Assembly (NCBI GenBank): GCA_963742735.1
Contig: CAVUMN010000004.1
Location: 1,024,001 to 1,088,000 of the forward strand
Origin: an uncultured Actinomycetes bacterium
GTDB lineage: Bacteria > Actinomycetota > UBA4738 > JBBDTT01
Length of the DNA: 64,000 nt
Reading direction: 5' to 3'
The notes beneath the pieces are model-generated. The model was not told the DNA's origin, ran no database searches, and worked only from the letters and a program-made list of their open reading frames with translations. Position numbers and translations under genes: made by a program. Shown here one piece after another: positions 16,673-26,678 of this stretch; position 1 is the first letter of the stretch, and every line of letters begins with the position of its first letter.

Positions 16673-17434
16673 ATGCCGGAGACGATCGAGATCGGGCCGC
16701 AGTACTACGGATTTCCGAACGTAGGGTTCGGGGGCTACGTCGCGGGGCGCCTGGCCGCGTTCGTCGGCGAGGCAGCGGAGGTGACGCTCCGGTCGCCGCC
16801 CCCGCTGGAACGGCCCATGACCGTCGAGGACCACGGCGAGGGACGGTTCCGGCTCCTGGATGGCGACGTCCTCGTCGCGCAGGCGATCGCCTCGCTGCCC
16901 GAGGTCCAGATCCCGGCCCCGCCGGTGAGCCTCGAGGAGGCGTCGCTCGCGTCGGAGCGGTTCCCGGGCTGGCGCGCTCACCCGTTCCCGATGTGCTTCA
17001 CGTGCGGGATCGAACGCGCCGAAGGGCAGGGTCTGCGGATCTTCCTCGGCCCGCTGGAGGACCGCGAGGGCGCGGCCGGAGCCTGGGTGCCGCACCCGGC
17101 GTTCGCCGCCGGGGATGGCCTGGTCCGCCCGGAGTTCGTGTGGGCGGCGCTCGACTGCCCGACCTACTGGGGGATGTTCCCCGACGGCCGTGGCCCGAAC
17201 AGCGAGGACGGGACGCTGCTCGGCCTCACGACCGGGCGCATCCACACCCAGGTGCTCGGGCCGGTCGCGGTGGGCGAGCGCTACGTCGTCCAGGGCTGGC
17301 CGCTGTCGATGGACGGCCGCAAGTACATCGGCGGCGCGGCGGTCTTCGACGAGGACGGCGAGCCGCGCGCGGTGAGCCTGGCGACGTGGCTGCCGCTCCC
17401 GCCCGAGGCGATGGCGCGGCTTCGCGGCGCGTAG
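16673..17434 (+). CDS. Hotdog-fold / thioesterase-like protein
   Basis: GFGGYVAGRLA...VTLRSPPPL, HPFPMCFTCG, WAALDCP, GRK..GGAAVF. Confidence 0.7.
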   Translation: MPETIEIGPQYYGFPNVGFGGYVAGRLAAFVGEAAEVTLRSPPPLERPMTVEDHGEGRFRLLDGDVLVAQAIASLPEVQIPAPPVSLEEASLASERFPGWRAHPFPMCFTCGIERAEGQGLRIFLGPLEDREGAAGAWVPHPAFAAGDGLVRPEFVWAALDCPTYWGMFPDGRGPNSEDGTLLGLTTGRIHTQVLGPVAVGERYVVQGWPLSMDGRKYIGGAAVFDEDGEPRAVSLATWLPLPPEAMARLRGA

Positions 17435-17438
17435 CCGC

Positions 17439-17822
17439 TCAACCCTGCTGCACCCGCAGGAACCCGCCGAGCACGTCCTCGTGGAGGGTCAGGGATACGC
17501 CGCGGGCCTCGGCTTGGCGCATGCCCTCGACGACCGCCTCGCTGGCCCGGCCGAAGATCTCCAGGCGCTCGGGGACGATGTACTCGTACGCGACGGCGGA
17601 GCGCTCCTCGGCGCCGGCGACGTGGTCGTCCATCGCGCCGGCGTCTTCGAACACGTGGATGAACGTGACCGCGCCGTCGTCGGCCGCGTAGGAGGCGAAC
17701 ACCAGCGTCCGCGGCTTCGCCCGGTCGAGCTCGGAGGTCACCCGGGCGGCGACCTCCCGGAACTCCTCGAGCTTCCCCTCCTTGATCCGGTTGTGGCTGA
17801 TGAAGACGATCGGCTCCGCCAT
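17439..17822 (-). CDS. ABM-like dimeric alpha/beta barrel protein
   Basis: IVFISHNRIKEGKLEEF...FIHVFEDAGAMDDH; similar in layout to 4301..4660. Confidence 0.7.
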   Translation of the reverse strand: MAEPIVFISHNRIKEGKLEEFREVAARVTSELDRAKPRTLVFASYAADDGAVTFIHVFEDAGAMDDHVAGAEERSAVAYEYIVPERLEIFGRASEAVVEGMRQAEARGVSLTLHEDVLGGFLRVQQG

Positions 17823-17868
17823 GTCGGGCGCTCCCCTCGGATGAAGAGGCCCTCAGTATCCGCGCGCC

Positions 17869-19198
17869 CTACAGCAGCGGCAAGTAGCGCTTCAGCTCGA
17901 AGGGCGTCACGTACGCCTTGTACTCGTCCCACTCCTCGCGCTTGTTGCGGAGCAGGAAGTCGACGACGTGCTCGCCGAGGGCCTCGCGCAGGACCTCGCT
18001 GCGCTCGGCCGCGCGGATGGCCTCGTACAGGTCCTCGGGCAGCGACTCGATGCCGGCCGCGCGCCGCTCGTCCTCGCTCATCTCGTAGATGTTGTTCGAC
18101 GCCTCGGCGGGGAGCTCGTACTCCTGCTCCACGCCCTTGAGGCCGGCGGCGAGCATGGCCGCGAACGCCAGGTACGGGTTGCACGCCGGGTCGGGGGAGC
18201 GGAACTCGATGCGGGTGGCGCCCTCCTTGCCGGGCTTGTACATGGGGACGCGGACCAGCGCGCTGCGGTTGCGCCGGGCCCAGCAGATGTACACGGGCGC
18301 CTCGAAGCCGGGGACGAGCCGCTTGTAGGAGTTCACCCACTGGTTGGTGACCAGTGTGATCTCGCGGGCGTGCTTCAGCATGCCGGCGATGTAGCCCTTC
18401 GCGGTCTTGCTCAGGTGGTACTCGTCGGTGGCGTCGAAGAACGCGTTGCGCTCGCCCTCGAACAGTGACTGGTGGGTGTGCATGCCCGAGCCGTTCACGT
18501 CGCTCACCGGCTTCGGCATGAAGGTGGCGTAGACGCCGAACTCCTGTGCGGCCTCCTTCACCGTGAGGCGGTAGGTCATGACGGTGTCGGCCATGGTCAG
18601 CGCGTCGGTGTAGCGCAGGTCGATCTCGTGCTGGGAGGGCGCGACCTCGTGGTGCATGTACTCGACGGGGATGCCCATCGACTCGAGGTAGAGGACCGTG
18701 CGCTTGCGGTAGTCGGTGGCGACGTCGAGCGGCGTGAGGTCGAAGTAGCCGCCGTGGTCGAGGAACTCGGTGGACTCGGAGTCGCCGGAAGTAGAAGAAC
18801 TCGAGCTCGGGCCCGACGAAGAAGGTGAACCCGAGGTCGGCGGCCTTCTGCAGCTGCTTCTTCAGGACGTAGCGGGGGTCGCCGTCGAACGGCTCGCCGT
18901 CGGGGTTGTAGATGTCGCAGAACATCCGGGCGACCTGGGCCTCGGATTTCCACGGGATGATCTGGAACGTCGAGGGGTCGGGCTTGGCGACCATGTCGGA
19001 TTCCTGGATGCGGCTGAAGCCCTCGATGGAGGAGCCGTCGAAGCCCATGCCCTCGCTGAACGCGCCCTCGAGCTCCTGCGGAGTGATCGCGAAGGACTTC
19101 AGGAACCCCAGGACGTCGGTGAACCACAGCCGGATGAACTTGATCCCGCGCTCCTCGACCGTGCGCAGGACGTACTCAGCTTCGTTGGTGAGCGTCAT
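17869..19198 (-). CDS. glnA2: Glutamine synthetase family protein (GlnA2 / GSI-alpha type), frameshifted near 18785
   Basis: N-half FIRLWFTDVLG, GFDGSSIEGF, GPELEFFYF. C-half [37 protein letters not shown]. Removing one base restores ..YFRDSESTEFLDHGGYF. Confidence 0.9.
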
Positions 19199-19248
19199 TC
19201 GAATCGACCTCCTGGCCCCCGAGCGTAATCCCAGGATGTGGGGCCCGT

Positions 19249-19264
19249 GTTACACGAGCGTTAA
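19249..19264 (-). promoter_or_regulatory. GlnR-box-like site upstream of glnA2
   Basis: Minus strand TTAAC-N6-GTAAC, with the same 11-bp phasing as the site upstream of glnA. Confidence 0.5.
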
Positions 19265-21456
19265 TTCGAGGGCGAGGCGGTGCAGGCAGGGTCGGTGAAG
19301 GGTCCTTCGTCGAGCCGATCGAGATCGACCCGGATGACCTCGTAGCTCTGGTCGATGGTGATCCACGCGGCCTGGCCGCCGACCCCAACGCCCAGGAGAG
19401 GCCCCACCACTCCAATATTCGCGTAGGCCGGCTCGTTCTCGATGGCTACGAGTGCGACGGTCTGCGACCGACCATCGGAAGGATCAAGTCGTACCAACTC
19501 GAGGCAGGGGGTCGTTTCAGAAGGGCGAACCACCCAGACGCCGCCCTCTCCCACGGCGAACCAGGCGAACCAGCGCTGGAGGTCCTCATTGGTATGGGTG
19601 ATCTCGCCGGTCGCGGGATCGATGCGAACCAAGGCTGACGGTCCCAACCCGGTGGCATGCACCCACACGGCTCCCTCGCCGACCGCGAGCCTGTGTCCGC
19701 CCCATCGATAGTGCGGCCTGATCTTGGGCTGGAGGTGGATCTCCTCCGTCGCGGGGTCGAACCGGGCGAGCTCGCCGTCGAACTTGCCCCCGATCTTGCC
19801 GAGTGCCCACAGCGAGCCCTCGCCGAATGCGGTTCCCTGGCAGCATGCCCACCCATCGATCATCAAGGAGACCGAGTTCGTCTCCGGATCGATCCGTCGC
19901 AGATGCCCGTCCCTGCCGTCGCTAGTGGTGACCCAGAGCGATCCGGCTCCGAAGGCGATCCCGAAGATGGCTTGGGGGAGGTCGATGGTGGCTACCAAGT
20001 CGAGGGTGGTTGGGTCGATGCGAAAGATCGTGGTCTCGTTCCCGCAGTCCGGCCCGGCACTCGTGCATGACGCGGTCCAGATAGAGCCGGCCCCCGCCGC
20101 GATGAAACCGGCATGCCCGGCTGCCCGGACCCGCGTGATCTCGCCGGTCTCCACATCGATCCGCGCCAGACCCATACCCGTCTCCGGGTACTGGACCGTG
20201 AACCACGCTGCCCCGTATGCCACGACGACCGGTCGGATGGGGCGCCCGCCCATGTCGAAATGGCGGACGGCCGGTCGCGGGGGAGGCTCGTCCTTCGAGC
20301 GGAGATCGATCCGCACAAGCTCGCCTTCGGTGTAGTTCGAGAACCAGAGCGTTCCTCCGCCGATGGCGCTGAACAATGGATCGCCCCCGGCCAAGCCTTT
20401 CGAGGCGAACGACGGATTTCCCACGGAACCAGGGATGGTGGTCTTGGGTCCAACCGCGCCCGACTGAGGATCGATACGCCGAATGGAGATCTCGTTGCCT
20501 TGGGAGCGCGACCCCACCCACACGGAGCCATCACCCACCCCGAGCATCTCTCCTTCCCCGGCTTCGACCGTGGCCGAGACGAGCTTCGTGGCCGGGTCGA
20601 CCTTCCATACGCGCCCGTCGCAGCTCGTCGTCCATACCGAGCCCTCGCCGGCAGCGATGGAGCCGAAGTGTGAGCACGGCTCGGGGCCCTCGATCGTCTC
20701 CTGGCCACCCGTGGCGAGATCCACCTTGGCCATACCGCCACCACGTGCCGTCCAGAGGGCCCCGAATCCGCCTGCGAACAGGAGGCTCTGACAGCAGTCG
20801 ATCCGGCGCTCCACGACGCCCCCACGAACGACGGCCAGCCCCTCCTCGTCCTCGGTCCAGACTGCGACCCGGTCGCCGACGACCGCGATCGAGGTCGGCG
20901 AGCTTGCAGGGCCAACATCCACACGGCCAACCTCCGTGCCGCCAGGCCCAAGCTCCACCAGGGCGGCCCGTGCGCAACTCCCTAGCGCAGTCGGCGGCGC
21001 ATCTCGCACACAGGCCAACGCCCAAGCCCGGTCACCGGATGCGCCGACCGCCATGACCCAGGCGCCCACGTCGAGGCGGCGAACATCACCGGTGACGCGG
21101 TCGACGCGAAACAGCGCATCGGCGTCCGTGCCCTCGCCCTGGCGGAGGCTCGCGATCGCCCAGGCGGCATGATCATTGGCGGCTATCAGCTGGGGTGGCG
21201 CACCCAGGGGGATGCGAGTGATCTCACCCAACTCGGTGAGTCCCGACGAGGGCTGCGGGTCGTCGAGGCCGCGGAGGGAGAACAGCGCCCAGGTCGAGCC
21301 GCTCAGGACGACGATCACCGTGGCGGCCGCAGTCCCACGTCGGAGAAGGGACCGGCGGCGGCCGCGGGCCATCAGTCGCCCAAGCGGTGGGGCGTCGTCT
21401 ACCCGGAGGGATCGTCCCGCTCGGCCAAGTCGTTCTCGAAGGTCAGCTTCGTTCAT
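19261..21456 (-). CDS. Membrane-anchored protein with two beta-propeller-like repeat domains (putative anti-sigma/sensor)
   Basis: Short N-terminal cytoplasmic region, RRR plus one TM, then repeats AAGEGSVW / GDGSVW / GAGSLW / GEGAVW / R.DP.T. Overlaps the ECF sigma gene. Confidence 0.75.
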   Translation of the reverse strand: MNEADLRERLGRAGRSLRVDDAPPLGRLMARGRRRSLLRRGTAAATVIVVLSGSTWALFSLRGLDDPQPSSGLTELGEITRIPLGAPPQLIAANDHAAWAIASLRQGEGTDADALFRVDRVTGDVRRLDVGAWVMAVGASGDRAWALACVRDAPPTALGSCARAALVELGPGGTEVGRVDVGPASSPTSIAVVGDRVAVWTEDEEGLAVVRGGVVERRIDCCQSLLFAGGFGALWTARGGGMAKVDLATGGQETIEGPEPCSHFGSIAAGEGSVWTTSCDGRVWKVDPATKLVSATVEAGEGEMLGVGDGSVWVGSRSQGNEISIRRIDPQSGAVGPKTTIPGSVGNPSFASKGLAGGDPLFSAIGGGTLWFSNYTEGELVRIDLRSKDEPPPRPAVRHFDMGGRPIRPVVVAYGAAWFTVQYPETGMGLARIDVETGEITRVRAAGHAGFIAAGAGSIWTASCTSAGPDCGNETTIFRIDPTTLDLVATIDLPQAIFGIAFGAGSLWVTTSDGRDGHLRRIDPETNSVSLMIDGWACCQGTAFGEGSLWALGKIGGKFDGELARFDPATEEIHLQPKIRPHYRWGGHRLAVGEGAVWVHATGLGPSALVRIDPATGEITHTNEDLQRWFAWFAVGEGGVWVVRPSETTPCLELVRLDPSDGRSQTVALVAIENEPAYANIGVVGPLLGVGVGGQAAWITIDQSYEVIRVDLDRLDEGPFTDPACTASPSN

Positions 21457-21937
21457 CGTCGGCTTCCACCTTGCTGAGCGTCTTGCGTAGGCGGTCCATC
21501 CCCTGGGAGGTCAGGGCGCGGACGGTGCCCTCCTTCTTGTGCAAGGCCACCGCCGTCTCGGCGACCGACAGATCCGCGTAGAACCGCAGCACGATGGCCG
21601 TGCGCTGGGCTGGGGAGAGTCCGCGGAGGGCGGCCAGCAGCTCCTCGTCGGCCGGCTCGGGTGGGTCGACCGCCTCCGTAGATACTTGCGTACGCAAATA
21701 TCGGTTCTCCTTACGCCTCCATGACAACGCCAGGTTGCCGGCGACCCGTTGGAGCCACGCGGCCGGACGGTCCAGGTTCTCCACTGCTCGCCAGCGCTCG
21801 TAGGCGCGGGCGAAGGTTTCCTGGGCCACGTCGAGGGCCTCCTCGCGGTCGCCGGTGATCAGCCAGGCCGTGCGAACGACGGCCGCGTACTCCTCGCGGC
21901 ACAGCGCCTCGAAGGCTTCGCGACGGGTGGCGTTCAC
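21443..21937 (-). CDS. ECF (SigE-like) RNA polymerase sigma factor
   Basis: Region 2 (AWLITGDREEALDVAQETF..AYERW) and region 4 (LSPAQRTAIVLRFYADLSVAETA..GTVR). Confidence 0.92.
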   Translation of the reverse strand: MNATRREAFEALCREEYAAVVRTAWLITGDREEALDVAQETFARAYERWRAVENLDRPAAWLQRVAGNLALSWRRKENRYLRTQVSTEAVDPPEPADEELLAALRGLSPAQRTAIVLRFYADLSVAETAVALHKKEGTVRALTSQGMDRLRKTLSKVEADDERS

Positions 21938-21991
21938 CGATTCACTCTGTACGACGCTCGGCGTGCCTGCCGCGCTTAGGGTGCGGGTCGC

Positions 21992-22681
21992 CTATTGCGA
22001 ATGCCAGATCCGGCCCAGGGCCCAGACCACCAAGGCGGCTGCCGCGGAGACCAGGCTGATCGTGACGAACACCGGGTTGTTCTCCCAGGGGCCCACCTCG
22101 AAAGGCGTGACGCCGAAGGGCTTCAGGTAGCCGCCCAGCCACCATCCCAGGAACATCACCACGGCCAGGACCGTCAGGGACAGCACCGCGGCGCGCCACA
22201 GGTTGCGCGGCAGTCGGCGGAGTTCAGCCTCCGCGTCGCGGCGGACCCGCGGCGGGACGAACGGCTCGCCCCGGCGGACGCGGAGGATCCCGTTCACGCC
22301 GAACCAGATCACGGCGACGATCGCCGCCAGGAACGGCAGGGCTTTCGTCCAGGCGTCGAACACTCCGCGATGCGCGACGTCGAACGGGTCCCACACCCTC
22401 GACAGCGCCCAGAACGCCCCCATGGCCGCGAGGAAGATCCCGAGCGCGAGCAGCAGGTTCCGGCCCGGTCCTCGTAGAAAGAACTCGCCGGCATCCTCCG
22501 CGATCGAGGTTTCCTTCCACGGGTCGACGTCGGGCTCGGCGGAGGGGTCCAGCGGTTCGGCCGGCGGGAGCTCCTTCGTGTTCACCCAGTCCGACCGCAC
22601 CGGATCCCACCGCGCGAAGCCGGTGCCGCGCTGGATCCAGTAGGTCCCGCCGCGCTCGAACGGCGCCTCCGGCTCAGTCAC
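21992..22681 (-). CDS. Membrane protein with Trp-rich N-terminal motif
   Basis: YWIQRGTGFARWDPVRSDW followed by 4 TM segments. Confidence 0.65.
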   Translation of the reverse strand: MTEPEAPFERGGTYWIQRGTGFARWDPVRSDWVNTKELPPAEPLDPSAEPDVDPWKETSIAEDAGEFFLRGPGRNLLLALGIFLAAMGAFWALSRVWDPFDVAHRGVFDAWTKALPFLAAIVAVIWFGVNGILRVRRGEPFVPPRVRRDAEAELRRLPRNLWRAAVLSLTVLAVVMFLGWWLGGYLKPFGVTPFEVGPWENNPVFVTISLVSAAAALVVWALGRIWHSQ

Positions 22682-23306
22682 GCTTCACCCACCGCCGTAG
22701 CGAGACCAGGAGCCATCCGGCGGCGATGACGCACGCCACCATCGCCGTCTCCCTGCTTCGGACCAGCTCGCCGGCGGTCAGACCGGTCGCGCGCGAGACA
22801 CCCCAGAAGGTGAGGAAGGCGCCGCCGAGCAGGATCGCCGCCCCCGCCACCAGCCCGAACGGCGGGTCGACGAATCTGCCCACGGTCACCGCCAGGGAGA
22901 GGAACCCCGTGGCCGCGACCGTCGCGCCGAGCAGCACCAGCAGCACGTCGCCGAGCCGGACCTCTCCGGTCAGCCACGGGACGAAGAAGACGTTCCACAG
23001 CAGTGCGATCGGCAACAGGATCACCAGCACGAGGCCGAACAGGATCAGGCCGGGCCCGGCCGACTCGCCCCACGTGCGCAGGAAGTACCAGGCGGGCGAT
23101 CCCTCCGGGCCGCCGTCCGGCGGGGGCGCGTAGACGCCGGAGCTCTCCGGCTCGAGCGGCGCGACGTCGCCGGGCCCGGTCATCTGCGCCGCCCAGTCGT
23201 TCGTAGTGTTGTCCCATCGCGCCCAGGACCCGTCGCGGGCCTGCGCCCACCACGCACCGTCGCGCTCGACCTTCCTGCGCCACCTCATCGGGAGGCGATT
23301 CGACAT
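22674..23306 (-). CDS. Membrane protein with Trp-rich N-terminal motif
   Basis: From ATG 23306: WWAQARDGSWARWDNTTNDW followed by about 4 TM segments; overlaps the downstream gene. Confidence 0.6.
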   Translation of the reverse strand: MSNRLPMRWRRKVERDGAWWAQARDGSWARWDNTTNDWAAQMTGPGDVAPLEPESSGVYAPPPDGGPEGSPAWYFLRTWGESAGPGLILFGLVLVILLPIALLWNVFFVPWLTGEVRLGDVLLVLLGATVAATGFLSLAVTVGRFVDPPFGLVAGAAILLGGAFLTFWGVSRATGLTAGELVRSRETAMVACVIAAGWLLVSLRRWVKRD

Positions 23307-23340
23307 GGGGCGATTCTGACCTGCGGATACCATCGAGCCC

Positions 23341-25995
23341 ATGACCACGCCGGAGGTCCTCGGGCGCGCCCTGGCGGCCGCCCCGGACCCGGAGCGCGCC
23401 CGCGTCGCGCTGTCGCGCGTCGGGGAGGACCCCGCGGCCCGCGAGGCGCTGGCCGACCCGGCGATCCTGGACCGGGCGCTGCCGGTGCTCGGCATCTCCA
23501 CCGCCGTGACGGACTTCCTGGTGGCCCATCCGGAGGAGGTCGCCCTGTTCGCCGACGTCGAGCCCCGTGATCGCGGGACGCTCCTCGCTGAAGCGGCCGC
23601 GGACGTGGAGCGCCTCGGCGCCGAGGCCGGCCTGCGCAGGTTCCGGCGAAGGGCGATGGCCCGCGTCACCGCGCGCGATCTGGCGGGGGAGTCGCTCGAC
23701 GATGTCGTGGCCGAGATCTCCGCGGTAGCCGAGGCGTGCCTGCAGGCCGCGCTGGCCGAGGTCGGCGACGACCTCACCGTCATCGGGATGGGCAAGCTCG
23801 GCGGGGAGGAGCTCAACTACTCGAGCGACGTGGACGTGCTCTTCGTCCACCCCGGGAGCGGCGGCGACGCCCAGGACCGGGCCGGCAAGGCCGCCGCGAA
23901 GCTGATGCGGCTCTTGAGCGACCCGACCCGCGACGGCGTGTCGCTCCGAGTCGACGCCGACCTCCGCCCCGAGGGGCGCGCCGGGGCGCTCTCCCGGTCC
24001 CTGCCGGCGATGCTCGACTACTACGAGCGCCACGCCGAGACGTGGGAGCGCCAGGCCCTGGTCAAGGCCCGGCCGGCGGCGGGCGACCGGGAGATCGGCG
24101 CGGCGTTCCTGGAGGGCGTGGCCCCGTTCGTCTACCCCGAGCGCCTGGCGCCGACGGCGATCGAGGACGTCCGGCGCATGAAGGTCCGGGTCGAGGAGTA
24201 CGTCCGCAGCCGCGGCCGGGCGGACGTGAAGCGGAGCCCGGGCGGGATCCGGGACGTGGAGTTCTCGGTCCAGCTTCTGCAGCTGGTCCACGGGCGGCGC
24301 GACGCGGCCCTGCGCGTGACCGGGACGCTGCCTGCGCTGGCGGCGCTGGCCGAGCACGGCTACGTCGCCGAGTCGGACGCCGAACGATTGGCCGACTCCT
24401 ACCGGTTCCTCAGGCGCCTGGAGCACCGGCTGCAGATGGTCCGTGACCTGCAGACCCACGACCTGCCCGAGGACCCCGCGGCCCTGACGGTGATCGCCCG
24501 TTCGCTCCGGCTCGCCGACGGTCCGGCCCTCGCCGAGGAGCACGGCCGCCACGCCGACGTCGTCCGCGGCATCCACGAGCGGCTGTTCTACCGGCCGCTG
24601 ATGGAGGCCTTCGCCGGCGCCGAGCCCCACCCCGGCGTCGACCGCGCGGCGACGGAGGAGCTCCTGGCCGGCCTTGGGTTCGCCGACCCGGCCGCCGCCT
24701 ACGGGCTGCTCGAGTCGCTCATCGAGCCGTCCACCCGCATGGGCAAGGTCCTCGGGACGCACTTCCCGATCCTGGCCCCGGGGCTGGCCACCGCCGCGAA
24801 TCCGGACCGCGCGCTGGTCCGCTTCGCGCGGGTGATCGAACCGCTTCGCGACGACGCCGGCCTGGCCGACGACCTGGCCGACCGCCCGGAGGCGATCCAG
24901 GACCTGGTCGCGCTGGTCGCGGCGAGCGACTCCTTCGCGGACGTGCTGGTCCGGCGGCCGGAGGTCGTCCGGGCGCTCGGGCCGGACGGCGAGGCCCCCG
25001 ACCCCGAGGCGGAGCTGGCCCGGCTGGCCGGGCGGTACGCGGCCGGAGCCCTTCCGGTCCCCGAGTCGGGGCGCGCGCTGTCCCGGGTGGCGGACCAGGT
25101 CGTGCGCCGTGCGGTCGAGGCCGCCGCGCCCGACGTGCCGATGGCCGTGATCGGCCTCGGCAAGTTCGGCGCCGAGGACCTGAACTTCGCGTCGGACCTC
25201 GACGTCCTGTTCGTCTACGAGGGGGAGGGACCGGAGGACTTCCAGGCCGCGGAGGCGGCGGCGGAACGGATCCTGGCCAACGTCCGGGAGGCCGGATACC
25301 AGGTCGACCCGGACCTGCGCCCGGAGGGCCGCAACGGCCCCCTGGCCCGCTCGGTGGAGTCCTACCAGGAGTACTGGGAGCGATGGGCGCTGCTGTGGGA
25401 GTTCCAGGCGCTCCTGCGGGCGCGCGCGGTGGCCGGCGACGAGGCCCTGGGCCGCCGCTTCGTCTCCCTGGCCGATGAGGTCGCGTACCCCGAGGCGCTG
25501 CCGAGCGACGCGGTGGCCCAGGTCCGGCGGATGCGGGTCCGCATCGAGGAGGAGCGGGTCCGGCCCCGCGAGGCCGTCCGGTTCCACTTCAAGCTCGGCT
25601 ACGGCGGGCTGGCGGACGTGCAGTTCGCCGTGGAGCTCTCGCTGCTGCGCCACGGGCGCGCCCACCCCGAGGTCCGGCGCCGCCACACCCTGGAGGCGAT
25701 CGAGGCCCTGGCCGAGGCCCGTCTGATCGAGGACAGCGTGGCCCTGTCGCTGAGCGAGGCTTACGTCTTCCTGAACGAGGTGAAGAACGCGCTGGAGCTC
25801 GAACGGCGGATGAGCGCGGAGTCGGTCCCGCCGGCACTGGAGGAGCAGGCGGCGCTCGCGCGGAGGCTGGGCTACGAAGAGCAGCCCCGCCGGCGGTTCC
25901 TGGAGGACTACCGCCGGATCACCCGCCGGGCCCGCCAGGCCATGGAGCGGGTGTTCTACGGCGAGGAACACCAGGAACCCTCGTACCGCACGTAG
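23341..25995 (+). CDS. glnE: Glutamine synthetase adenylyltransferase / deadenylase
   Basis: Two nucleotidyltransferase repeats: IGMGKLGGEELNYSSDVD...DLRPEG...WERQAL and IGLGKFGAEDLNFASDLD...DLRPEG...WEFQAL. Confidence 0.95.
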   Translation: MTTPEVLGRALAAAPDPERARVALSRVGEDPAAREALADPAILDRALPVLGISTAVTDFLVAHPEEVALFADVEPRDRGTLLAEAAADVERLGAEAGLRRFRRRAMARVTARDLAGESLDDVVAEISAVAEACLQAALAEVGDDLTVIGMGKLGGEELNYSSDVDVLFVHPGSGGDAQDRAGKAAAKLMRLLSDPTRDGVSLRVDADLRPEGRAGALSRSLPAMLDYYERHAETWERQALVKARPAAGDREIGAAFLEGVAPFVYPERLAPTAIEDVRRMKVRVEEYVRSRGRADVKRSPGGIRDVEFSVQLLQLVHGRRDAALRVTGTLPALAALAEHGYVAESDAERLADSYRFLRRLEHRLQMVRDLQTHDLPEDPAALTVIARSLRLADGPALAEEHGRHADVVRGIHERLFYRPLMEAFAGAEPHPGVDRAATEELLAGLGFADPAAAYGLLESLIEPSTRMGKVLGTHFPILAPGLATAANPDRALVRFARVIEPLRDDAGLADDLADRPEAIQDLVALVAASDSFADVLVRRPEVVRALGPDGEAPDPEAELARLAGRYAAGALPVPESGRALSRVADQVVRRAVEAAAPDVPMAVIGLGKFGAEDLNFASDLDVLFVYEGEGPEDFQAAEAAAERILANVREAGYQVDPDLRPEGRNGPLARSVESYQEYWERWALLWEFQALLRARAVAGDEALGRRFVSLADEVAYPEALPSDAVAQVRRMRVRIEEERVRPREAVRFHFKLGYGGLADVQFAVELSLLRHGRAHPEVRRRHTLEAIEALAEARLIEDSVALSLSEAYVFLNEVKNALELERRMSAESVPPALEEQAALARRLGYEEQPRRRFLEDYRRITRRARQAMERVFYGEEHQEPSYRT

Positions 25996-26045
25996 AATTC
26001 AAACGGAACAAGCAGGCGCCCGACCGGACAGCCGCGAGAGGTTCG

Positions 26046-26567
26046 ATGAAGAGGTTGCGTTCGACGGGGCGAGTGGCATTGCTGCTGACGGTCCTCACCG
26101 CCGCCACGTTCGGTCCGGCCCCCGCCGCGGACGCCGTGACGTCGCAGCTCTACTGCACGCTCGCCGCGCAGGTCACCTTCACGCCGGGGCTGTCGCTGAC
26201 ACCGAAGGCCCAGACCTTCTCGGGCTCGGGTCCGGTCGCGTGCGTGCGCAAGCCCGCCAACGCGTACGCGGGGACGATCTCCATCACCGGCACGACCTCG
26301 CCGCTCGACGTCTGCGCCACCGGCGCGGGGTCGGGGACGTTCTCGATGTCCCTCGCCGGCGCGCCCTCGCTCAACGTGACCGGGCGGTTCACGTTCCTGC
26401 GGGCCGGTCTGGCGATCGACGGGCCGATCACCCTCACCGGCAACGACTCGGGCTTCGGCAACCTCGACGTCACCCTGGTGCCGCTGCCCGGCCAGAATTG
26501 CGCACAGACGTCGCTCAAGAACGCGACGATGACCGGCACCGCCACCGCCAAGGGCACGATCCAGTAG
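26046..26567 (+). CDS. Secreted beta-rich hypothetical protein
   Basis: Signal peptide ending AADA, four Cys, Thr/Gly-rich; RBS GAGG. Confidence 0.7.
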   Translation: MKRLRSTGRVALLLTVLTAATFGPAPAADAVTSQLYCTLAAQVTFTPGLSLTPKAQTFSGSGPVACVRKPANAYAGTISITGTTSPLDVCATGAGSGTFSMSLAGAPSLNVTGRFTFLRAGLAIDGPITLTGNDSGFGNLDVTLVPLPGQNCAQTSLKNATMTGTATAKGTIQ

Positions 26568-26622
26568 CGGGGCCCTTGGCCCCAGTCGGTCTCGTCTTCG
26601 ACCCCGTTCGACCCGGAAACGA

Positions 26623-26652
26623 CGAGGGCCCGGCGTCTCGGCCGGACCCTCG
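26623..26652 (-). terminator. Hairpin terminator after glnA (possibly bidirectional)
   Basis: CGAGGGCCCGGC / GCCGGACCCTCG stem between convergent genes. Confidence 0.6.
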
Positions 26653-26678
26653 CGGAGTGAAGCTATTTGAGCGATCGC

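Noticed and set aside
18770-18800. Programmed frameshifting in glnA2 or other split genes
   Set aside because: No slippery heptamers were seen, and similar breaks occur in many unrelated genes, which points to sequencing error.
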